Part shown: positions 25,931-37,222 of the stretch, one piece after another
Numbering within the stretch: the stretch's first letter is position 1
Layout of the letters: the number at the start of each line of letters is the position of its first letter
Assembly: GCF_963853765.1 (NCBI RefSeq)
Contig: NC_088854.1
Span: forward strand, 18,104,001-18,168,000
Reading direction: 5' to 3'
DNA: 64,000 nt
Source of the DNA: Magallana gigas
Lineage: Eukaryota
Position numbers and translations under genes: made by a program
Notes under the pieces: generated by a model
Told to the model about the DNA's origin: nothing
Database searches by the model: none
The model's input: only the letters and a program-made list of their open reading frames with translations

Positions 25931-26980
25931 GAGAGAGAGAATCCAACAGAACATTGCACAGAGAAACAGATTGACCACCAAAGATGAGGTTTTATTCCGC
26001 ATTTTGAAAAAATGTTTTTGTATTTAAAAAAAACTATTTTCAGACATTCGGTTGCAATTCTTGTACATGGTATAAAATTCGACAAAACCATATTTTTTAT
26101 CTTGTTTTTCATAATGTTCGAGGAGATTTAGTCAACCCTTTTTGTCTGTCCCAAAGTGTTGGCGATATGAATTCATACTCAGTACCTGGCCGGGAGCACA
26201 GCTTATCTCGTCAATGCAGGAATCGGCCGTATCCACATCGTTGCAGAACATGCACTTGAGATACGATCTTGATCTGGTGGAATTCACATTGCTTGTTGCT
26301 GGCGCCGACTCTAGTCCCCCGAAAAGGGAAATAAATTAGTATAAAGCGACTGTCCAAATTAATACTCCTTCAAATGAATTGAAAATTAAATAAAAAACAT
26401 AACAGGAAATAGAATTAGCAACTGTATACATGTAGGCTGTACAGATACATAACTAACTGTATACCATGAAATTGGATTAAATTCATTCGGTGCTTATATT
26501 AATAAAATTTTAACTCTGTGTCGTCACAAACTTAACAAGGCTGGATGGTAAACAAATCAACCATTATACCTATCTTAGAACTGTCTTCTTAGTCATACAC
26601 ATTTACATGTATTTGATATAGAATAAAATCAGATATTTCAAATATTTTTATAGACTTTATATCGAAGTCGGTTTTATTCGAAAGAAAAATATTTCATATT
26701 TCTAGCAGTTATTTCTCTATTACTATATAGTATCTTAATATCCAAGTTGATATTGATTTCTGTTAAATCACTATTTTAAACAAGGAAATCCTACTCTTGA
26801 AAGTGTAAAGTGTATACTTGTTAGTTGACAATCAAACAGCAAATAAATACCATATGCATATACAAAGTAGTTAATTCAAACGAAAATATTTACCTCCGAA
26901 TCCATAAAAGTTTATTACTGGCAAAACAAGGACTAAAAAGAACAAAAAAATAACAAATAATCCAGATGATAAACAAACAT
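19502..26980 (-). CDS. Secreted multi-domain Ly6/uPAR (three-finger) protein with Thr/Pro mucin segment, about 598 aa
   Basis: Exons in transcript order: 26980-26894 (signal peptide, one base out of frame, see findings), 26310-26186, 25797-25705, 25062-24924, 23918-23821, 23710-23627, 23386-23155, 22499-22428, 21895-21353, 20684-20543, 19682-19502 (TAA). All GT-AG and phase-compatible from exon 2 on. Three Cys frameworks start CxxC and end CCxxxxCN (CCTKDRCN, CCQGDLCN, CCSSSLCN). One 543-nt exon encodes PTTTT repeats. Confidence 0.85.
19783..20210. mobile_element. Two adjacent MITEs (19783-20001, 20010-20210) with CTGTGGAATCAT TIRs
   Basis: Each starts CTGTGGAATCAT and ends ATGATTCCACAG; both lie in the last intron of the three-finger gene. 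Confidence 0.75.
21965..22398. mobile_element. MITE-like element with perfect 17-bp TIR and tRNA-like core
   Basis: CAGACGACACGTTCCTT (21965-21981) versus AAGGAACGTGTCGTCTG (22382-22398); internal AGATGGCCGATTGGTTAGAACC...GTGATTCAAAGCCC. Confidence 0.65.
25205..25543. mobile_element. MITE with CATAGGCGTCGGAA TIR and poly-G/poly-C tracts
   Basis: CATAGGCGTCGGAA ... TTCCGACGCCTATG, flanked on both sides by CTAAA. Confidence 0.75.
25842..25930. repeat. (CT)n / (CCCT)n microsatellite
   Basis: Direct reading. Confidence 0.95.
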
Positions 26981-29459
26981 GGTTTCTGAAATACGTAATG
27001 TAGTTTTTTTTTAACAACAGTGTTTAGAGACATTTTGATTTACAAACATACCCTCTTTAAACCTTTTTTTCTTGCAACTGTATTATATAACCCATAGCTA
27101 TTCAAATCTGATAATTTTTGAGTAACAATCTATAATATATGCAAATTAAATATCCTATTGGATATTCATAACTTGATGATCAACAGTATGGCGGAAATGA
27201 CTACTTAAACTTGTTTTTAAGATTTCTGCCAACCTGATTATAAGACAGTATCATCATTACATTTTAATTGTACCTGTATCAATAGATATTACGATGTGTT
27301 TTATTTTTTTTAATACTTACAATATGTAAACAATTTAATATCCATCTCACATTACAGGTCTTTAATGTTCCCCAAATTCTTTAGAATTCTTGGTAGTCCG
27401 AATTAATGTCCTCCTTGTGATAAGAAAAACGTAACAACCTCACAAGGTCGAAATTTTATTTGACCTGTTCCTGTTGAACACTGTTCTTTTATATGGGCAT
27501 ATAGTGCAATGTACGGTTTTTGTTGAGTATATTCTATCAATCAGTTTTGATGTTTGATGTTACAAAATGTGATTAATTTCAAAACTATTGCAATTGTCTT
27601 GACAGGTTTTTAGACTAACAAAGTTGTGTAAGCCTTTAAGCGTCAATCATAGAAACTCGTTCTTAAAAACGGGACTAGATACTCTGGTAAAGACGTGTTG
27701 ATTCTGTTTACACAATAACTTCATCATCATTCTCCACAAACAATTCAACCTTTGCGAACCAGTGCCACAGTACTACGAGAAATCTCTACCCTTAGACAGG
27801 GCCATTGCATTCTAGAGATGCTGCGATATTAAAGAATGTCACATATCAAACGCCCGGATCTAGCGATTATATATAGAGTTGTGTGTGTCAAAACTTTGTC
27901 TGAGCAGTTCCATTTACTGACAAGAAGATCTATTGATGTCAAACGTAATCAGCCTCTTCAGATGTGTAAAGTGGTTATAGGCTCAGGTAAAAGGGGGGCG
28001 CGTTACTGAAGAGGTTTGCCCGCACTAACCAAATCGCAAAACCATGATTGAATTTAACAAAAGGTTTTAACAATATGCCAATTTTTTTTCAATCATTTTT
28101 GAATTTTCTTCTCAGTAATGTGAGAATACTCTAGAAATTTTGACAATTTTTTTATACGAGTAAAACTTTTTGCTCTCAACCCTCATGGTACGTCACTGCA
28201 GAACTCTAACTCTCCAGGAAAATTGAATTTGTATTGTCCTTCAGTGTCAAACACTTACACAGGCTCTGTTACGATATCAGAGATATATATCGACAAATGA
28301 AACATGCATTTATTTGTAATGACTTTTAAAAATAGTTTTTACATATATCTGATATTACTCTACGGTCTGGCAACCGAGTTGATCGTTCAAAAGTGACAAC
28401 TTTCCTCCAACTGAAAAGTACATGTATACCCATCTTCGGAAACCTATTTCTATCTCACTTCAATGATCATGGGCTAGCTGTCTGAATTATTTTTCTCGTC
28501 TTTACAAATAATTCATATTGTATTCCGATTGGTTCCTTCCCATTTTCATGAAGGAAATCCCTCATATCATGTTAGTGTTTACAAATGCATCTATCAACAA
28601 CGGTATGTTTTCACAACATCCACATAATTATAATTGTTGCTTTCATACCGCAAAAATATGAAGAATGCAATAGGTGAAATGAGTAGGCATGATATTCATG
28701 AGAACGAGAAAAATTCAGTAGGTTGGTGCACAGTCAGTAAGCGTACGCAAGACCGACCGTGGCGGGTTTCCGACGAGTCATGCATGGTATCCTATTGCTA
28801 CATTACTAGCATGTTCCAGGTGGAGGCATCAAAGCTTCTCAGCAGTGTTAACTGCAATCTAGAGGCAAGGAACAACCCGGAAGAGCAAACTAGGCGAGCG
28901 ACTAACTATTTTTATTGTGGTTCATCAGAAAAAACGGTAGTGGGTATGTTGAAAATTTTAAAAATACTCCCATCAGAAATTCATGCACCCTCACCCCACG
29001 TGCAATAATCGCTTTCTTCAAAGCCAGTATGAACTACCTAAAATCTATTTTCCTGTTTATATTAACACCTCTAATATTATTTATTGAATGTTTATAAAAC
29101 ACACGTGCTACAAATTATATACTACATGTATATTTAGTAACAACTGACAAATTTCTCTGACGGAAATGCCAAAACACGCGTATTTATCACGTTTAGTGCA
29201 GAGCATATTTGAACAATTTTAAATATGAAGTAAGGTATGTATTTGAATAAATATTGATCAACGATAAAGAAATCATAACTCAATTCAAGAAAGGTGAACA
29301 ATTTGAAGGGGTGTTCCAACATGTATATGCATGTACACAGAATTTCACATGAAAATTTCCGATGATAAATTTTTTCTCACATTATGTCTCTTTTAATCTA
29401 GACTGGTTGTATTTAACCCCCCCCCCCCCCCCAACCCCCAATCACACCCATTCCCTCTT

Positions 29460-29940
29460 TCAAATGATATTGGAAAACAAATTTTCACATTTACTTAAAA
29501 TTCAAATTTTTACACAGATATAATTAATGTATGTATCTATGAAAATTTCCTAGGCAAATCATGTAAGATGCATGCATTCATATGCAGGAAAGCTTGAACA
29601 GGAAATTCTTTTTAGTTAAAATGTTGTTTTGGGGGATATCATAAAACGATCAATATAACTAGAGATCCAAAGATTTTACAAACTTAATCCCATGTTTACA
29701 AAACTTTCTTTTGATGGAAAATGTGGATATAACAATATGAGAGTTCAATTGTATAATCAAGCTGTTATAGTAAATTGATGGAATTTTTAGTAAATGTAAA
29801 ATTCAGTATGAACAAGTGTGAAAAATACTTGTGTGCATTTATATCTGTGCTTTTTCTTGCATTGTATTTAGTTTTGTAAAGCTCTTAATAAGTTGGTCCT
29901 TGTTGCTCATGTGAGCGATGTGGCCTTGAGGCATCACGTT
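29460..29940 (+). mobile_element. Helitron/Helentron-like non-autonomous remnant (3' end)
   Basis: GTGAGCGATGTGGCCTTGAGGC at about 29911-29932 resembles the 3' end of mollusc Helentron/DINE-like repeats. Related remnants occur at about 13405-13560 and, reversed, at about 22618-22660. Confidence 0.45.
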
Positions 29941-31736
29941 TACTGCTTTGGAGATCGTGGCCCTAACATCACTTTGGTACGCTTTTTTTTTTAATTTTGT
30001 CATTTATATTTTGTATATATAAATACAGAGGCATGTACATACAATGTATATCAGAATGATATATATTTGATATACGGAACAATTTTGCTAAATACCCATG
30101 AGTTTTTGTTGAGTTGCTGTACATGAGTTAGTTTGGAACAAGTTTGGTTCTTGCAAAATTTCAGAATACAGTAGTTTTTGTCTCTATGTTTATTAGCCCT
30201 TTGTACAAGTTGAATCAAGTCACGTTTTTTTTTTGCTCTGTCGAAAGTAAAGCATGAAATAATCAGCAAAGGAATACTTCGCGATCTTAAAAGTAAGTGC
30301 ATGTGCACGTTTAGTTATACTAACAACTTATATATAGTATATAGCTGTCGTGTACGAGGAAGAACTACAGGTGTTAAAGAGAAAAGCCAGTGCACTCACT
30401 GATAAGGATCTACGACAGAGTATGCCTACATGCATGTAGCGATAAAGTCCGCATATCTATAAATCTCAACAACACTATAATCTTTTTTTTTCATGTACTT
30501 AAAGCGTGGAATGCTGTTATCATAAGTAAAATACCAAATTTTAAGTGCAAAAAGGTCACCACAAGAAAAAACCCCAAACATATTCATTGTTTCTGTACTC
30601 CTATCATTGTGCATAATTTACAATATTTGATGTTATATACATTTGCTTGCCATTATTCCTCTTCTCCATCTAGTATGAACAGGCGTTTCATGTCAAGTGC
30701 CTCATACAGAGCTTCCCCTTTTATTCTTATTTATTTTTGTAAGCACAGACCTAGATTTAATCAGATCTAATAAATCTAACAGACCAAATTCCTTATCTCG
30801 ATCCGCGCATGGTTACATATGTACTCCATATTCTTTGAATGTTTGACCATGTTATAGACATTTGTAATCCGGAATAATTTTGTCTCTCAATCTTGGTTCT
30901 ACCCATTACTATTACATCACCAGAATTTTCTCCACGCACTCAAACGATGAGTTGTAAACATAGGTCTAATAAGACGTGGCGAGAGTGAAATAGACCAATG
31001 ATGTTATAATTTGTTAGGTCTATGTGTTTGTATGGGAACTGTGACATGTGCTGACAGGTTTGTAATTTTTGTCAGAACGGTTTATGGGGGGAAAAAAACC
31101 CTGAACATTTTCATCATCTATGACTACTAAGTAAACATTGTGCACAGCATACGTCACCTATTTATCACCACATACAGACCTTGATCAATGTCCACACAGG
31201 TACAGTATAGGGAATTACATGTTTATATCACGTAACCATCACGAAGCTTGCTATATAAGGCTATATGTTTTTCATGATTTGTGTGTGTATTTATTTCAAG
31301 AATAACCATTTTATTTTTGGGACAGAGCACTCATGGCCTTTTGCACAAATTAACACCTAAAATTACCACCTGATTTACAAATTTTCACGTCAATTTAATA
31401 TTTTACTCTTAAACACTGTTAAATGTTACATGTGATTGAACTGTTGAAAACATTGCAGTTTTCACATAGGGGCCTTCTTCTTATCAGATGTATCCCTTTA
31501 GTCATTTTAGTGCCCAAACAATGATTATTGAAAGCATGTGATCCTGTTTACCAGGAAACGTTTTTATAAACAAAACCAAATTTTCCTATGTGACACAAAA
31601 CCTATATCTAGAAATAAACACAAGCTCATTTATGGCTTATTTCCTGCTTTTTATGCTTTAAGATTTTTTTTTTTATTTTTGCAGAATGTAAGCATACACC
31701 TTCAACTTTAAAACCATTGTACAGGTTGCAGAAACC

Positions 31737-34581
31737 ATGTTGCTCTCCATGAACAGAGAATTCCGTCTCTTCTTCAAAAGGAGAAAAAAGAGAATATTGC
31801 AAATTCTGGTATTTAGGACTTATTATTTAAAACAAGGTTTATTAACCAAATCAACTAAAAGGAAAATTAAAAAAATAACCTGTAATGTTAATTTCATTTG
31901 TAAAATTTTTAAAACTAATGAAAGAGACTTTTGAAAATAACGTTGAAATTAACTTTGAAGTACACATTAATTTTGAAAATCTGGATAAAAAAAAAAGAAT
32001 ATTTTCCTTTGTGTTGCACTGCATATGTGTGGGCATCACTACAAGTACAAGTTTAGCACATTCAATCTTTTTTTTCAGTGTTGCGGATTGGACAAGGAGA
32101 TAATGACTGCCATATACCTGTGCTCTTTCCTTGTTGCCTCTCTTTTTCTGGTGATTTGGCAGCTAAGTCGAGACAAATGTCATACAGAAAAAGTGGTCAA
32201 ACAGTTGGTTAGTAGCACATTCATACAAGGATTTTGTTTTTTGAGCCGTTTGGAATAATCTTGAAATTTATTTTAATTTACCAGTAGATCCTGTTGTAAC
32301 GAGCACATCTATGAATTACAGCAGTAAATCTACATCTGGCATGTTTGTTTAGTCATGCATGTACCATTTTTTTAAAGTGGCTTTCAATTGATGGAAAAAA
32401 ATTATTACAATTTTATGAGGTGTGCAGTATATAATTTTTTATGATCATCACTATAAAGCCATTTATTTAACTAAAACACTACTTCCAGTGTCAGGACTAT
32501 AAAGAGGGCCAAATAGCTGGTTCATGGTGCCATGCTCTTTGTGTAGATGAAATTGTGCAACTCCACAGCTGTCATCATCAAAATGGTCCATTACTGGTAT
32601 GTAATAAAAACAAGTCACAAGTACTATATAATGTGTTGATACTGATATGTAATGGAAATGCCTGCATGGTTGACATTTTCATTGCAATCAATTTTTAATG
32701 AAATGTATTTATAAGAGGGACGGAAACCTTTGTGTATATAGGAGTGTACTTTGACCTTACCCCTTATTTGACTTAGAAATTCATTTATGGACATGCTTTT
32801 CCCTTATATTACTAACAAACACTCCAAGGGTAAAGAGCTAAGGGATAAAAATGCACAAAACTTAATAAGAACAGCTGTTGGACAAAAGCTATCAAAAGTA
32901 CATGGCTATGTACATGTTTGATTAACTGACTGATCACTATTGCGAATCTACAGAACAAGGTTCTGCAGTTAAAGGGTTTTGATTAAACCATAATGCACAG
33001 TTAGTAGATAGGCCCTATCTATTAGCATGTGTATGGTACATGTACTATTTAAAACTTCCAAATCTAATCATTCTGTAGGGCACATTTACATTAGAACTGT
33101 TTTTGTAGTGGACATTTTTTTAAAAATAATTTTCCATGACTACAGATCTTAAAATTATCACTGTCATCCATGTGAATAATTCATACTTACTCATAAAACT
33201 ATTTTGAACTTTTTCTTTTTCTGCAATCCATACCCACATGCAAATACTTTGTTACATAAAAATCTGTATATAGACTCATAAGGGTTAAATGCTTTTTTTC
33301 AGACATTCCAATATGAAGACACAGTTGTCAAACTACCTCATTCTTACAAGACTTCTCTACCACATTCCCACCTTCCTGAACCATTGTCAATGAAGCAGTT
33401 CCATGATATGCTACACAAATTTCTGCATTCCAAACTAGGAAAAGTTGACTTTTCTAGGTTGTTACAAAAGATTGACAAATATGCTGACTTCAATAACAAT
33501 GGGCAGGTAAGAAAATTTCTATGAATGATGGTTTTAAATTTTTGCTATCGGTACTTTGCTTTTACATTTAAACAAGATGAAACTTTATGTGGAATTTATC
33601 TGAGGTATGAAAGATTGTTGGGGAATATAGCATGTAATATTTCTGAAGAATTATATGGATCATTTTGAATATATGCCTTGCAGTTTAGGATATAAACTGC
33701 TTCTACTGTATGAAGAAGTAAAAAAATGTTTTACATATCTACTCTCAAGATTTATTAACATTGCATTATCATTGCAGTTAACCTATGGGGAAGCAAACTC
33801 AATGTGGCAACTTCTCAACATCCATGAGTTTTTCATACTTTTTATCTTTGATGGAGATCCAATATTTCCCCTGAAAAATGGCACTTGTGGGCCGATGTAT
33901 GCCTATCAGCACATGAAAGCCAGTCCTCTATTTAACAAGCACAACAAGACGTTTTTGGATAATTTTTTCTCAAACACATATCGATGGATGTTCCCCTCAT
34001 GGGACAAGCGAGTTAATGTGGCAGTGGGGTTGCTAGAATATGGCATTACATTTTCTGAGACCTACAATTCAAAGTTCTACATGTGTGATTATGTGGAGCA
34101 GTGTTTTGGCTATACACAGCAGTATGAAGTTAGTTTAGTTTCTTTTGAAAACATTATGTCAGAACACATGATAGGGAATATTCTAGAGGAAAAGAAGTGT
34201 TCAAAAGACTCACATTGCCAATATCAAAATCTTTGTCATTCACTGTGCAATAAAAAGATAGGACGCTGTACTAATGAAGTTAGGGGACCATCTCAAACTT
34301 CCGTTTGTGAAGTACTTAGAGATTATGTTTTGTTTGATGCACCAGCTCCTGTACAAGCAAACCTGCATGATTTGTTAAGGAAATGTGATAGAATAGGTCA
34401 GAAAATTGATAAAACGGGGAACAATGTTGAGTTGAATCAGCTGAATGTTTGGTACAACACAGTTTTGTTTGACATCCAGGAACTTCTATGGGATAAAATA
34501 AAAAACAAACCTGCTAACTGGCTCCATCCACCCAAGCCAAAGAAAAAGCCCAAAACACATCCCAAGAACACTGGTCAATAA
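31737..34581 (+). CDS. DIPK1: Divergent protein kinase domain 1 (DIPK1/FAM69 family), 5 coding exons, 438 aa
   Basis: Exons 31737-31808, 32079-32207, 32489-32596, 33303-33506, 33778-34581; all phase 0, GT-AG, 1317 nt. Basic N-terminus plus TM (IYLCSFLVASLFLVIW), Cys motif CQDYKEGQIAGSWCHALC, EF-hand-like ADFNNNGQLTYGEA, PSWDKRVNVAVGLLE, YMCD and a C-terminal Cys cluster, all matching the FAM69 architecture. Confidence 0.9.
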
Positions 34582-37222
34582 AGGTATTGTGTGTTACTTG
34601 TATTAAAGGTCTTTTTTGTTTTTAATTTATTTCAGAATTTAATATATTTATCAGCAATGTTGCAAGCTTATGTCAGGAGAATATGTGAATTTTTACTTGT
34701 CTGTTATTTACCATTTTTCATATGGGCTGCTCATTTTTCATCACATGATGATTAAACATTTTTTTTTTAATGTAAAAATGTAGCAACTACCCAGTGTACC
34801 TTGGGTGAGCAATGGGGTTTGTTGCATTATTACTGTGAAGCAGTGCGTTTTTTGTAAATTTTTTGTTAGATTGTTTGTCTGTCTGTTTGTTTATTTTCTT
34901 TGTAATGACCAGCAACATATCATTGACTGTGTGTCTTTTTAAAATGCTGTGCTATGTCATTTTTGAGAGGCGGGAAATTGTTTTCATTAATACAGGAATA
35001 GATATATATTGTATTTTTTTGTTCATCGTTGCCAAAATTGTAAGTCGAATTGTGTTCATTTTCAGCAATAATAGCTTAGTTGATTTTTGGTGCTGTTTTT
35101 ATTTGACATCCTAGTCAGTGCGTGTAATGAATAACTTTAAGTATTGTGATTTTAATTTTATATGTATTGTAGTGCCTCTACACATAGATCTCACTGATTT
35201 TAGAAATGTAGTGTAGGTGTAGTGTGAAAACATATTGCTTTTAGATGTTAGTAGTCCAGTGTAGAATTTCTTCCGTTCAATTTTTAAAGATAATTATTTT
35301 CTTTTTATTTTATATATAGATGATATTTTTAATTTATAGATAATATATGGGCCATTTCAACTTTGTGCCAAATACAGAAATCAAAATATTGAAGAATGTT
35401 TACACTGTTATTGAATGCACAAATGAATCTTTAAATTTGTTACATGTTTTTGTTAAATTATCCAGGCTATTTAATGTCATATTTGATTATCTCATAGTTA
35501 CACATATTACATGTACATGTATATATATTCTGGTGATGGAGGGCAATTTTTGCACAAATGGTTTAACTTTAATTAAGAGTTGTCAAAAAGACCAGGTATT
35601 ATAGAATATCAAGTCACAAATGAGACCAACTCTTGGGTCTTCTTTTTTAACAAAATCTTCTAAAATGTGATTATAAGTATTTACCATATTATACAAGTAC
35701 AGTACAATGTTCATTTTGGGAGTGATTTTACTATGTACATGTTCTATACAATACACATTTTGTGAGAGAATCTAAATGAGTGCCATGGATAAATCTTCCT
35801 TTAGCCACAAAATGATATATGGTTAATATTTATATAAATAACATGTATTTATGAGTAATGTTAATTATGATTTAAATTTATTGAATATTGTTCAAAACAA
35901 GCTTTATTTTTCTCAACACGAGTCCATATTAAGATAATCATGAAGTGAACAATATTTGTGTACATCTAATTTGACATACCGGTACATGTAATTACATGTA
36001 CAGCCACACTACTACATAATGATTCATCTAGCCAGTATTTTTTTATTTACATGGTTTGTGTCAGTATTTGAGTTACATATTTTACTGAAAACTGCAATGG
36101 AAGTTATGCGCTATTATAGGTAATAGGCAAGATGATTTGTAGAATAGCTCCCTCTCTCTTTCTCTCTCTCTCTAACAAAAATGTTATTGTTAATATGGAT
36201 TTTGCCTTGACAAATAAGTGTTCATGGTACTAGCTTGTATTTTTATTTAATTTTTCATCTTGAAATTTTTGCCTGATTAAGGAGACAGGAGAATTTGTAG
36301 TACTCCGTTTGTCATATTGAATGAAAACATTAAATCAGAGTTAAAATTTTAAAAATTCAGGGAAGTTAACTCAGCTGTCCTGACTCAATATTCATAAAAG
36401 ATACATTTTCATTAAATTATATTCATTTAAGGTTAAACTTCATATTTGTGAAGATTGATTATTAGTGGCATGTAAAGCCAATGCAATTTTCTTAACATTG
36501 AATAATACAATTGTTTAAACATTGATTGCTGTCATAACCAAATAACTTGCTCCTAAAAAAAAACAAAAACAAAAAAGCACCCCAGTCTTTCCATAATTTA
36601 CATTTATGTTAAATGTGAGAAAAACCCCCAGATATATAATACTTTTGGTATTAGGAATTCATAGACTGTTCAATATTTTTTTGGTTTACATATAATAAAT
36701 TATGATTTATGACCATTTGATGTCAGTGGCATGCAATTTAAAGATGAGGGTGTGGCTTGTCCTCAACTATTGAATATTCACCGGTCCATCTTGAGCTATT
36801 AGACTTGGGCAGTTTTTAGGAAACAGCTTTAACTAATTGAACTTGTACATGTATTAGCATTTGGATAAAAAAAAGTTGTTGAATTGATTAATATGCATGA
36901 TCATACATGTTGAATGAGGGTAAAAATAAAACTTGATATCATTACAAAATAGTTATATTTATTTATCATCTGGCAACCAGCTAGTATACATCTGTTATTA
37001 TATTTGTGTACAGAATATGTCACATACATAATTGCTTAAATGAAGTTAAATCTGTTAAGTTGTATATTTGTGATTTCCCTCTAAAATTAATATACACAAT
37101 CTATTGATACCAATTGATGATCATAATCCAATATAAAAATATATTGTGAACATGGCACGTAAAATAAAAGTCTTAAATGGTAGAAGTAAACATAACTGAC
37201 GATCAAGCGTTTACTGTCCAAT

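Noticed and set aside
33655-33777. Met start of the 308-aa ORF 33655-34581
   Set aside because: Intron sequence in frame by chance; the exon starts at the acceptor at 33778.
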